This document shows, one piece after another, positions 56,096 to 64,000 of a stretch of DNA of 64,000 bases. The translations under genes were made by a program, and so were the position numbers. Each line of letters opens with the position of its first letter. Position 1 is the first letter of the stretch. Below the pieces are notes generated by a model, which saw only the letters and a list, made by a program, of their open reading frames with translations, was not told the origin of the DNA and searched no databases. The stretch covers positions 523,014 to 587,013 of the forward strand of contig JAQTTB010000001.1 in assembly GCA_028710985.1 (NCBI GenBank). Reading direction: 5' to 3'. This DNA comes from Patescibacteria group bacterium. GTDB taxonomy: Bacteria > Patescibacteriota > Patescibacteriia > JAHJFT01.

Positions 56096-57223
56096 ATGAT
56101 CATTGGGATTGAGGCGGCTCGTCCGAACCGGCCGCAAAAAACCGGCACCGAATGGTACGGTTACCACGTGATTCAGGAAATTAAAAAAATCGCCGATCCT
56201 TCGGATCGGTTTATTTTATATACAAATGATCCTCTCCGTTCCGGCCTTGAGATAATGCCCAATGCGAACTGGCGCGAGAAGCGGCTCGGCTGGCCGATTC
56301 CGAAGTTTTGGACCCAGGGCCGCCTGTCGCTCGAGATGCTCGTAAATTCGCCGGATGCGGTTTTTATACCCGCGCATGCCATGCCAATTATTCATGTCAA
56401 GAATACGGTGGTCACTCTGCATGACGTTGGTTTTGAAAGATTTCCCGAGCTTTATTCCCGCGCCGATCTCTGGTACCACCGTTGGTCCGCGAAATTCATC
56501 ATCCGCCATGCCGCGAAAATTATCACGGTTTCAAATTTTTCAAAAAACGAACTCGTTGAGCTTTATGGCGCTCCGGCGGAAAAAATCTTTGTTACGCATC
56601 TGGGCTACGATGCCGAACGCTATCGGGTTATTGAGCCGGCCGAGGTGGAAAAAGTTTTACTGAAGCATAGAATCAAAACGCCGTATATTTTTTATATCGG
56701 CCGCCTGGAGCGCAAAAAAAATATTCCGCTGCTTATTGAAGCCTTCGGACGCTTTAAGCAAAAGAATCAAAACGACTCGCACTCGCTCGTTCTGGTCGGT
56801 CGGCCGGGATTTGATTATGAAAAAATTCAGGAAAATATAAAAAAATTCAATCTTGAACAATGGGTAATCCAAACCGGCTGGGTGGGGGAGGATAGTATCC
56901 CGTATTTTTACAACGGCGCGGCGGCGTTTGTTTTTCCGAGCCGTTACGAAGGCTTCGGCATCCCGCTCATTGAAGCAATGGCCTGCGGCACGCCGATTCT
57001 CGCGTCGCGCGCCGGGTCCATTCCCGAAGTTGCGGCCGATGCGGCGTTGTATTTTGAAACCGAGAGTGCGGATTCGCTCATCGCGGGCATGGAAAATATT
57101 CTGAACAATCAGGAGTTGCGCGGCTGTCTCCGCGCCGCCGGCTTGGCCCGCTGCCAAAATTTTTCCTGGGCTCGTACCGCCCGTCAGACTTTGGAAATTT
57201 TGAAATCAAATTCTAGATTCTAG
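56096..57223 (+). CDS. family-4 (GT-B) glycosyltransferase
   Basis: 375 aa. EGFGIPLIEAMACGTPILASRAGSIPEV motif. Confidence 0.9.
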   Translation: MIIGIEAARPNRPQKTGTEWYGYHVIQEIKKIADPSDRFILYTNDPLRSGLEIMPNANWREKRLGWPIPKFWTQGRLSLEMLVNSPDAVFIPAHAMPIIHVKNTVVTLHDVGFERFPELYSRADLWYHRWSAKFIIRHAAKIITVSNFSKNELVELYGAPAEKIFVTHLGYDAERYRVIEPAEVEKVLLKHRIKTPYIFYIGRLERKKNIPLLIEAFGRFKQKNQNDSHSLVLVGRPGFDYEKIQENIKKFNLEQWVIQTGWVGEDSIPYFYNGAAAFVFPSRYEGFGIPLIEAMACGTPILASRAGSIPEVAADAALYFETESADSLIAGMENILNNQELRGCLRAAGLARCQNFSWARTARQTLEILKSNSRF

Positions 57224-57245
57224 CTTCTAGATTCTAGATTCTCCG
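57211..57245. repeat. heptamer tandem array TTCTAGA/TTCTAGC (4 to 5 units)
   Basis: TTCTAGA TTCTAGC TTCTAGA TTCTAGA TTCTCCG. Spans the GT4 stop codon, upstream of the TrmB paralog 1 promoter. Confidence 0.85.
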
Positions 57246-57250
57246 CCGCC

Positions 57251-57270
57251 TCCCCGCAAGGGGATTTTTT
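57251..57270 (+). terminator. intrinsic terminator after the GT4 gene
   Basis: TCCCC-GCAA-GGGGA followed by TTTTTT. Confidence 0.7.
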
Positions 57271-57297
57271 GTGTTATAATGTTGACATAATTTCAAT

Positions 57298-58065
57298 ATG
57301 ATTGAACAGGAGTTGCAAAAATTTGGCTTAAGCCAAAAAGAAATTAAGGTCTACCTTTCTTCGCTCCAGAGCGGTCCGCGCTCGGCGCAGGAGATTTCGC
57401 GCGTTGCCGGCGTCAACCGTGTCACGTGCTATGTCATCCTTGAATCCCTAAAGGGATACGGCTTGGTTACCCAGGTGGACGGGGAACGGGGCCGGCTTTT
57501 TGCCGCGGAAAATCCGGCGAATATCATAAGATTTTTGGAATCCCGCGAAAGAGAAATCCAGGATGTGAAGGCCAGGGTGCACCGCGCTATGCCTGAACTC
57601 ATGGCGATATTCAACGGCTTAGGCGATAAGCCGCTCATCCGTTTCCTTGACGGCATTGAAGGCATTGAGGTTATCCAGCGGGAGGTTTTTGAAAAAGATG
57701 TCAAAAACATTGACAGCATCGCCTGCCTGGATGCGGCGTTTGAACATATTGATCCCTACGAGTTCACCGAATATCGTGAGAACATGATCGCCAAGAAAAT
57801 TACCGGACGGACAATCTACACTTCAAAAAAATATACAACCGAATATCTGCCCGACGGATATGAAAAATGCCAGGAATTGCGCCGCCTGCCGTTTGAAAAA
57901 TTTAATTTTCCCGCCGAAATCTGGATTGCGGATAATTTCGCCGCCATTTTCAGCTTTCAGGGCAAGCCGGCGGTTATCGCGATTGAGCATCCTGCCATTA
58001 TTGCCGCAATGAAAACCTGGTTTGAGCTCGCGTGGGAAGCGGCCGCGCACCACGCCCAGCAATAA
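57298..58065 (+). CDS. TrmB-family transcriptional regulator, paralog 1
   Basis: 255 aa. N-terminal wHTH LQKFGLSQKEIKVYLSSLQSGPRSAQEISRVAGVNRVTCYVILESL. Confidence 0.8.
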   Translation: MIEQELQKFGLSQKEIKVYLSSLQSGPRSAQEISRVAGVNRVTCYVILESLKGYGLVTQVDGERGRLFAAENPANIIRFLESREREIQDVKARVHRAMPELMAIFNGLGDKPLIRFLDGIEGIEVIQREVFEKDVKNIDSIACLDAAFEHIDPYEFTEYRENMIAKKITGRTIYTSKKYTTEYLPDGYEKCQELRRLPFEKFNFPAEIWIADNFAAIFSFQGKPAVIAIEHPAIIAAMKTWFELAWEAAAHHAQQ

Positions 58066-58087
58066 ATTAAAGAAAACATTTTTAAAT

Positions 58088-60067
58088 ATGGCGTTTAAAA
58101 ATCTTTTTGAGCCGATAATGATCGGCTCGCTCAAATTAAAAAATCGTTTGGTCCTGCCACCCATGGTGCGAAACTGGGCAACCGAACGCGGCGAGGTGAC
58201 CGACCGATTGGTGGATCATTATGCCGCCCTCGCTCGCGGCGGTACGGCCATGCTGATTCTTGAGGCGATCTATGTTTCGCCCGAGGGTCGCGGCTTTACT
58301 TATCAGATGGGCATCGATAATGATGCCTTGGTTCCGGGACTAAAAAAATTAGTTGATGCCGCGCATCAATATGGCGCGGCAATCGGGCCGCAGCTATATC
58401 ATGCCGGCCGCCAGACAAACTCAAAAACTATCAGCCAGCCGCCGGTCGCGCCTTCGCCCATCCCGTGCCCGGTTCAGCGGGAAATGCCGCGCGAACTCTC
58501 GGCCGAGGAAATTTCCGAAATTGAAAACGCCTTCGCCGCGGCCGCCCTGCGCGCCAAGGGAGCGGGATTTGATTTTGTTGAAGTGCACGGTGCGCACGGT
58601 TATCTCATTACGCAATTTTTATCCGCGTATTCAAACAAAAGAAAAGACGCGTACGGCGGCGATCTTGAAGGCCGCATGGCATTTTTAAAAAATATCATTA
58701 AAAAAATTAGAGCTGCGGTTGGCCCGGATTATCCCGTGACCGTGCGGCTTTCGGGTGAGGAGCGCGTTCCCGGCGGTCTCACCATTGACGACACGAAAAA
58801 AATCGTCAAAGAGCTGGAAAAACTCGGCATTGACGCGGTGCACATTTCCGTCGGCAATTACGGAAGCTTTGCCGAGGGACTCATGATTCCGACCATGGCC
58901 GCGCCGACCGGAGCGCTGGTATATCTCGCCGAACAGGTGAAGAAATCAACCAGGCTGCCGGTAATCGCGGTCGGAAAAATCAACACCCCCGAACTCGCTG
59001 AAGAAATTATTGCGAACGGCCAGGCCGATATGGTTGCCCTCGGCCGGGAGCTTATGGCCGATCCGGAATGGCCGAACAAGGTGCGCGATGGCCGCGCCGA
59101 TGAGATTCAGCGGTGCATTGCCTGCAACCAGGGATGCATTGACCGGCTGTTTGCCGGGCTTGATACTCAGTGCGTGGTCAATCCGCTTTTCGGGCGCGAA
59201 CGCGAATTCGCGGTTACCCCGGCGGCTGATTTAAAAAAAATCATGGTGATCGGCGGCGGTCCGGCGGGCATGCAGGCCGCGATTGTCGCCAAGAAACGCG
59301 GACATGGAGTTGCGATTTATGAACAAGGAAGCGAACTTGGCGGCGCTTTGCTTTTTGCGCAGAAACCGCCGCATCGCGAGGGCATCGCCTGGCTGGTTAA
59401 GGATTTTATCGCTCAAATACACGAACTCGGCATTGAGGAAAATTTCAATACCGAAGTGACGCCCGAACTTGTCGCCGAGGTCAAACCCGACGCGATTATT
59501 ATCGCCACCGGCTCGGAGTGTGCCCTTCCTCCGATTCCGGGAGTAAATCTGCCGAACGTGATGTCGCCGCGCGATGTTCTTTCCGGCCAGGTCAGAGTTG
59601 GAAATAGTGTTATCGTCGCTGGCGGCGGCTGTGTCGGCGCCGAGGTAGCCGAATATTTGGTCGAGCGCGGACATAAAGTGAAAATTGTGGAAATGAGAGA
59701 GGCGATTGTCAGCGATCTTGGATTTGCGGACGGCGTTCAGCTGCGCGCCCGTTTGGAAAAACTTGGCGTTGAAATTTTTACAAAAACAAAAATTCTTGAA
59801 ATAAAAAAAGACGGTATTGTGATTGAGCGCGAAGGCCTGCCTGCTCGCCTCGCTGAAGCTGTGGCGAAGCGGGCCGGTAGGCAGGGCAAACGCGATGAAA
59901 TCGGTGGCGAGAGTCTGGTGCTTTGCCTCGGCTCAAAATCGGTTAATGATCTCGAAAAATTGCTCGTCGGAGCCGCGTCCGAAATCGTGGTTGTCGGCGA
60001 CGCCGTGGAACCGCGGCGTATTCTTGAAGCGGTCTACGAAGGCTATGCCGCCGGATTAAATATTTAA
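58088..60067 (+). CDS. NADH:flavin oxidoreductase (OYE domain plus FAD/NAD(P)-binding domain, 2,4-dienoyl-CoA-reductase-like)
   Basis: 659 aa from ATG 58088. OYE TIM-barrel (HGAHGYLITQFLS), 4Fe-4S Cys motif (CIACNQGC), Rossmann GGGPAGM. A 17-aa in-frame repeat-derived insert lies near the C-terminus. Confidence 0.88.
   Translation: MAFKNLFEPIMIGSLKLKNRLVLPPMVRNWATERGEVTDRLVDHYAALARGGTAMLILEAIYVSPEGRGFTYQMGIDNDALVPGLKKLVDAAHQYGAAIGPQLYHAGRQTNSKTISQPPVAPSPIPCPVQREMPRELSAEEISEIENAFAAAALRAKGAGFDFVEVHGAHGYLITQFLSAYSNKRKDAYGGDLEGRMAFLKNIIKKIRAAVGPDYPVTVRLSGEERVPGGLTIDDTKKIVKELEKLGIDAVHISVGNYGSFAEGLMIPTMAAPTGALVYLAEQVKKSTRLPVIAVGKINTPELAEEIIANGQADMVALGRELMADPEWPNKVRDGRADEIQRCIACNQGCIDRLFAGLDTQCVVNPLFGREREFAVTPAADLKKIMVIGGGPAGMQAAIVAKKRGHGVAIYEQGSELGGALLFAQKPPHREGIAWLVKDFIAQIHELGIEENFNTEVTPELVAEVKPDAIIIATGSECALPPIPGVNLPNVMSPRDVLSGQVRVGNSVIVAGGGCVGAEVAEYLVERGHKVKIVEMREAIVSDLGFADGVQLRARLEKLGVEIFTKTKILEIKKDGIVIEREGLPARLAEAVAKRAGRQGKRDEIGGESLVLCLGSKSVNDLEKLLVGAASEIVVVGDAVEPRRILEAVYEGYAAGLNI
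59836..59885. repeat. ~50-nt palindromic element inserted in frame in the OYE oxidoreductase gene (opposite orientation)
   Basis: CCTGCCTGCTCGCCTCGCTGAAGCTGTGGCGAAGCGGGCCGGTAGGCAGG, translated as LPARLAEAVAKRAGRQG. Confidence 0.85.
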
Positions 60068-60071
60068 AAAT

Positions 60072-60836
60072 ATGAAACTTGAAAAAACATTGAACAAGCT
60101 CGGACTCTCGGACAAGGAAGCGCGCGTCTACCTCGCCGCGCTTGAACTCGGGCCCGAGGCCGTGCAGGAGATTGCCAAAAAATCCGGCGTCAACCGCGCC
60201 ACCACTTACGTGATGATTGAGTCGCTCATCCGGCGCGGGCTCATGAGCTCATACGAGCAGGGGAAAAAACGGCTTTTCGCGCCAGAAGAACCCAACCGGC
60301 TTTTTAACTCTCTGAAATCCGCGGAGCAGGAAATTGAAGAAAGACAAAGCGCGCTTAAGTCAATCATGCCCGATCTTCTCGCCATTTGCGCTGGCGCCGA
60401 AAACAAGCCGCGCATCAGATTATTTGAGGGCTACGAAGGCATCATCTCCATAAAACAAGATATTCAGGAATCGGGAACTGATTATATGGATAACATACTT
60501 GATATGGATGAATTCAAAAGAATATTTTCTGGCCATGAGTTTGATGAGCAGAATAAAAAATTTTTTAAAAGTAAATTAAACTATCGCTGCATTTTAACCT
60601 CCGGTCCGCTGGAACAAGAAATATTAGAAAAGTTTAAAGTGTTTTCTGGCATCAGATTCTTGGAAAGAGGAAAATTTTTTTTCCCGGGAGAGATCGGGAT
60701 GTACGCAAACAAGTCCGCGTTCCTAACTTATCGCGGCACCATGATCGGCGTAATAATTGAAAGTGCGGAAATCAATCAAATGCTTCGGGCCATGTTCAGC
60801 ATGCTTTGGGAGATGAATATTGGCGAAAAATTATAA
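60072..60836 (+). CDS. TrmB-family transcriptional regulator, paralog 2
   Basis: 254 aa. LNKLGLSDKEARVYLAALELGPEAVQEIAKKSGVNRATTYVMIESL. Same architecture as 57298..58065. Confidence 0.8.
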   Translation: MKLEKTLNKLGLSDKEARVYLAALELGPEAVQEIAKKSGVNRATTYVMIESLIRRGLMSSYEQGKKRLFAPEEPNRLFNSLKSAEQEIEERQSALKSIMPDLLAICAGAENKPRIRLFEGYEGIISIKQDIQESGTDYMDNILDMDEFKRIFSGHEFDEQNKKFFKSKLNYRCILTSGPLEQEILEKFKVFSGIRFLERGKFFFPGEIGMYANKSAFLTYRGTMIGVIIESAEINQMLRAMFSMLWEMNIGEKL

Positions 60837-60965
60837 AAAAAGACACCGACCGAGTACCGGTGGTGCCGTGCATATCCCCCAATTTATTGAGATTCCTCCC
60901 GAATTTTTCTTCTGAACTTTATGTTAAGGCTTGAAAGCTTGCCGTTTACGTTATATGCGGCATCG

Positions 60966-61343
60966 TTAGCCACCCCAGCCGCAATTGCAGTGCCGGACCG
61001 CGGACTTGCGCCAGCGGCGCATGTATGGCGTCTTCCAGCCCTTGAGGACCGGATCGTCCGCCGCCTGAAACGCGCTCTCCATGAGCGCGATTTTGTTTAC
61101 TTCGGTCGCAGAGGCACCGCGTGCCCTGCCCGGCATGTTGTTTGCATTCTCCCTTGGGAGAGCGGCAAACTCCGGACAAAGCAGTACGTCATCGCACTTA
61201 CTCGCCAGCCGCTCTCCCTCGGATCCGTGTGGAACCCTGGAAAGTGACTTTGCTTCTCGGAAAAACTCGCTGATTGGCTGCTTCAGTACGCTTGCCATCA
61301 TTCTGTTTTCCGTGAGCACGAGTTTGCGCGATAGACTTGGCAT
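60966..61343 (-). CDS. hypothetical protein (G+C-rich orphan)
   Basis: 125 aa, with AAGGAGGAATATC upstream of ATG 61343. No family recognised. Confidence 0.55.
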   Translation of the reverse strand: MPSLSRKLVLTENRMMASVLKQPISEFFREAKSLSRVPHGSEGERLASKCDDVLLCPEFAALPRENANNMPGRARGASATEVNKIALMESAFQAADDPVLKGWKTPYMRRWRKSAVRHCNCGWGG

Positions 61344-61514
61344 GATATTCCTCCTTGAGCACGGTTTAGAATTAACTGGCCTGCATTGATGATTTGGACC
61401 TTATAATTGGTTTTGTTCTTGGCCGCGAATCGCCAATATCCGGTTTACCCCACAAGGGGAACCGGCCACTATATCACAAGATTTCACGCTTGTCAATGGA
61501 GGGGGGGATGTGTT

Positions 61515-61544
61515 AAAAAAGCGGACATCTTGTCCGCATTTTTT
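61515..61544. terminator. bidirectional terminator
   Basis: AAAAAA-GCGGACA-TCT-TGTCCGC-ATTTTTT. Confidence 0.7.
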
Positions 61545-61596
61545 GTTCGTAAATCGGTAAATTGATTTGAATTTTAGATAATTCTGTCAGCAACTC

Positions 61597-61625
61597 TTGA
61601 CAAATTCCGCAGAGCGTACTAATGT
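61597..61625 (+). promoter_or_regulatory. sigma70-like promoter firing into the ORF-free region (plus strand)
   Basis: TTGACA (61597..61602), 17-nt spacer, TAATGT (61620..61625). Confidence 0.45.
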
Positions 61626-62134
61626 TCAAGGTTCGTTGCGAAAATAATATTTTCAGGGTTGTGTAAATAAGTTTGAAGTAAAAATATTACGGGAGGGGAT
61701 TGAGGGCCAATCTCGCAAATCCTACTTATCTACACCATTGTGAAAATTTTGTCAAGCGATTGACAGATTAATCACGCGTAGAGGAGAAAGATAAGAATGC
61801 CTTGGTATATCTCGTAGTGCCGGGGCGTTTTTGTATTGTAGTAGATGATTGTGGACTTGTATAAAACGAAAACAGACCCAGAAGGGATCTGTCAGGAAAT
61901 TAAGCACTTGAAATGATTTATTGGTTCATTTCAGACCAGGACAGCTTTCCGCCTCACCACTTGTCTTCCCACGGCATGGAAAGACACCAGGTGACTGATG
62001 GGGGCTTGATCGTGTCTAGATCGTGTTTTGTGGCTCCTTAGGCCACGCCTTTTACCTGAATCCGCTCATGTCCTCTTGTCCTCCTTGGCTGATCGAAGTC
62101 CGAGAGCATCGTAGCACTAGCACAACATGCCCAT

Positions 62135-62163
62135 ATAATATCACATTTTGGCACTTTTGTCAA
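62135..62163 (-). promoter_or_regulatory. sigma70-like promoter firing into the ORF-free region (minus strand)
   Basis: Minus strand: TTGACA (62163..62158), 17-nt spacer, TATTAT (62140..62135). Confidence 0.5.
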
Positions 62164-62173
62164 GAGACTGCCA

Positions 62174-62200
62174 GCCCGCAGCAAAGCTGCGGGCAATTTT
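62174..62200 (+). terminator. hairpin terminator at the right end of the ORF-free region
   Basis: GCCCGCAGC-AAA-GCTGCGGGC followed by AATTTT. Confidence 0.55.
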
Positions 62201-62324
62201 AAGTTGTAAATTTTAAATTTTAATTCAAGCCCCAATTTCTAAATTTTTAATAACAAAATGTCGCGTCGCTGCTTGTTTGAAGAATTTTGAATTTATAATT
62301 TAAAATTGAATTATAATTTAAAAT

Positions 62325-62362
62325 TAAAAAAGTCCTCATTTTGCATTACGCGCAAAAGAGGA
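62325..62362 (-). terminator. intrinsic terminator of the Cys-rich lipoprotein gene
   Basis: 12-bp stem (one bulge) GTCCTC(A)TTTTGC / GCAAAAGAGGAC followed on the minus strand by TTTTTT. Confidence 0.7.
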
Positions 62363-62464
62363 CCGGCACCCAATTCTTATATTAACAAACAATTTATTAG
62401 CATAAGGATTGTGAGCGCTTTTTGACAGAATGTCGAGGCGCGCTCGAGAATACCTCGGAAGGAG

Positions 62465-63682
62465 CTAGTGAACGAACGGGTCCCAGTCGTTGTCATCGCT
62501 GCCGCCGCACCAATCTGCCTCATAATCGTCTCGATCGTGATCCGGGCAGACCGAGAAGTAATGGGGGCCGAGTTGGGGTTCGGGCGTGCAGCGTTCCGAG
62601 GTTGTGGTCTTGCCTGCGACCCGCAAGTCGTTGAGGTTCAGAAGCCCGAACTGGACTTCGCCGCTATAAAGACCTATATAGATCCTTACCTTCAGGTATG
62701 GATTGTCGATTTCCGGCATCGTTATATTCTCGAAAACGAAACCGCCATCATCTTCTTGGGCTACGTTTCCGAGAAAGGCATCTACCGACATGCCGTCTCT
62801 GACGCCATGCGCCCAAAGGATTGCGACAATTCCTGCGGGGCCTCCGCTTATCGGGATCGGTGTTTCGCCGCGCGTCTGATGCACGGCCAACCGTTCGATC
62901 GTATCACCCGGTTCCAGATTGGTTGTGGCAAAGGAAAGCAAGTATTCATCCGGACTCTCCATATACCACAGCGTGGGGGATTCGGGAACGCATGAGTAGA
63001 TCAGCTCGAGGCCGATCGCCACCTGGCCTTCGGGAACCCCGTCCTCGAATGGGCAAAAGCCCGATTCGCCTGGGCAGTTGTGTTCGCACACACCCTCGTC
63101 GATCTCGCCGTCACAGTCGTTGTCGTGGATGAGGTCGCATACTTCTTCAGCGCCCGGATGGATGTCGGCGCGATGATCGTTGCAGTCGTCGCCATTCGTC
63201 ACGTACCCCGGGGGCATCTCGGTGGCCGGACAGTGTAGAGAAGTGCTGGTGCTGTCCACTCCGCCGAACCCGTCGCCGTCTTCGTCAAAGAATATCAGGA
63301 CGCGGTCGATCTGGTCATGGACGCACGCGCCGTCGAAGCCGCACACGTCCATGGTGCACAGATCGCCGTCGTCGCAGTCCAGGTGACTCTCGCAGGACGG
63401 GGAGCAGAGGGGGTCCTCGCTCGGTGTCTGTACGCACGCGCCGCTCTCGCAGCTACCTATAGTGCACGGATCTTCGTCCATGCAGTCCGAGTCTTCGTCG
63501 CATTCCAGACAATCCGGAATCGCGAAGTGCTGGCACTCGGCCACGGAGTCGCACACATCGCTGGTGCACGGGTCACCGTCGTCGCAGTCGGTTGAGCACT
63601 CGATCGGATCGCCGTCGACCCTATCCGTTCCGTAGCATCCCATGAGCATCGCGGCCACGAACAGTATTACGATATTCCTCAT
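62465..63682 (-). CDS. Cys/Asp-rich secreted lipoprotein with MopE-like metal-binding repeat and myxo-type disulfide repeats
   Basis: 405 aa. Lipobox LMGC, repeated CDDGDPCT.D.C modules, and DEDGDGFG...DCND...HPGAEEVCD..DNDCDGEIDEG. GGGAGGATGAG upstream of the ATG. Terminator 62325..62362. Confidence 0.75.
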   Translation of the reverse strand: MRNIVILFVAAMLMGCYGTDRVDGDPIECSTDCDDGDPCTSDVCDSVAECQHFAIPDCLECDEDSDCMDEDPCTIGSCESGACVQTPSEDPLCSPSCESHLDCDDGDLCTMDVCGFDGACVHDQIDRVLIFFDEDGDGFGGVDSTSTSLHCPATEMPPGYVTNGDDCNDHRADIHPGAEEVCDLIHDNDCDGEIDEGVCEHNCPGESGFCPFEDGVPEGQVAIGLELIYSCVPESPTLWYMESPDEYLLSFATTNLEPGDTIERLAVHQTRGETPIPISGGPAGIVAILWAHGVRDGMSVDAFLGNVAQEDDGGFVFENITMPEIDNPYLKVRIYIGLYSGEVQFGLLNLNDLRVAGKTTTSERCTPEPQLGPHYFSVCPDHDRDDYEADWCGGSDDNDWDPFVH

Positions 63683-63814
63683 CTCATCCTCCCGCCTCCG
63701 ACACCGTCGGAGGACTTGTTGCGTTGTTTAGGAACACCTGGACCGACAAATTTTTTATCAGCTCGGGTGTTGGCTGAATTAGATTCAGCCAAGAAAATGT
63801 TGAAGGAGCATCTC

Positions 63815-64000
63815 TCACCATGCCGACGGGGTGATGACGATGTAGCTGACGAACTTGCCGTCGTACTCCTTGGCCAGGTAGGCCGTTAGAGCACTCGCCA
63901 CATTCCCATCGGGCTGGAACTGCACATCCAGCGCTATGTGTCTCTTCGTTCCGTCGAGTTCTACGTAGTTAGCGATCACTTTTATCTCTCGAGCGTTGAG
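63815..64000 (-). CDS. hypothetical protein, 5'-partial (C-terminal 61 aa)
   Basis: The frame is open from the window edge to TGA at 63815..63817 (…YLAKEYDGKFVSYIVITPSAW*). G+C-rich like its neighbour. Not in the track because no start codon lies in the window. Confidence 0.45.
   Translation of the reverse strand, partial: LNAREIKVIANYVELDGTKRHIALDVQFQPDGNVASALTAYLAKEYDGKFVSYIVITPSAW

Noticed and set aside
57211-57245. Possible CRISPR or other spaced-repeat arrays (heptamers at 57211, octamers at 29299, AT-rich repeats at 62287..62323)
   Set aside because: The units are contiguous, with 7 to 19-nt periods and no spacers. No cas genes are present, and nothing in the window has repeat-spacer architecture.
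62038-62235. 65-aa minus-strand ORF in the ORF-free region
   Set aside because: It starts upstream of, and runs through, a terminator hairpin and a consensus promoter. It has no RBS, and its composition is unlike the neighbouring genes.

Overview
This 64-kb window is gene-dense (about 65 CDS on both strands) and mostly housekeeping. It carries dnaE, thrS, overlapping miaB-miaA, gatB and gyrB. A secE-nusG-rplK-rplA block runs straight into a pyrimidine-deoxynucleotide operon (dCMP deaminase, kinase, dut, thyA, DHFR-like, tmk-like). Further genes are an FtsW/RodA homologue, rplY, prmC, prfA, rpmE, queA, metK, a cyclophilin and rplJ-rplL. There is also an envelope-glycan cluster (three GT2, DUF4012, mreB, GT4) and two TrmB-like regulators flanking an OYE-type flavin oxidoreductase. 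Gene content, many small membrane-anchored orphans and the style of palindromic repeats suggest a reduced-genome, CPR/Patescibacteria-like bacterium; this is inference only, as there is no rRNA in the window. I found no rRNA, tRNA or CRISPR array. The most interesting locus is a 1.8-kb island (44460..46340) wedged between rplL and a convergent gene and bracketed by a duplicated terminator hairpin. Its only credible CDS is a 301-aa retron-type reverse transcriptase with its own promoter and terminator. Upstream on the same strand lie two tandem, diverged ~375-nt RNAs, each ending in an intrinsic terminator and sharing helices that covary between the copies. No effector gene is present. Secondary observations: a ~48-nt palindromic element inserted in frame into two unrelated genes in opposite orientations; three families of sequence-related terminator hairpins; a G+C-rich orphan gene bracketed by near-identical hairpins; a TIR-bounded 143-bp element; octamer and heptamer arrays; a candidate L10-leader attenuator; and a compositionally distinct 3' end with an ORF-free convergently transcribed region and a Cys/Asp-rich lipoprotein.
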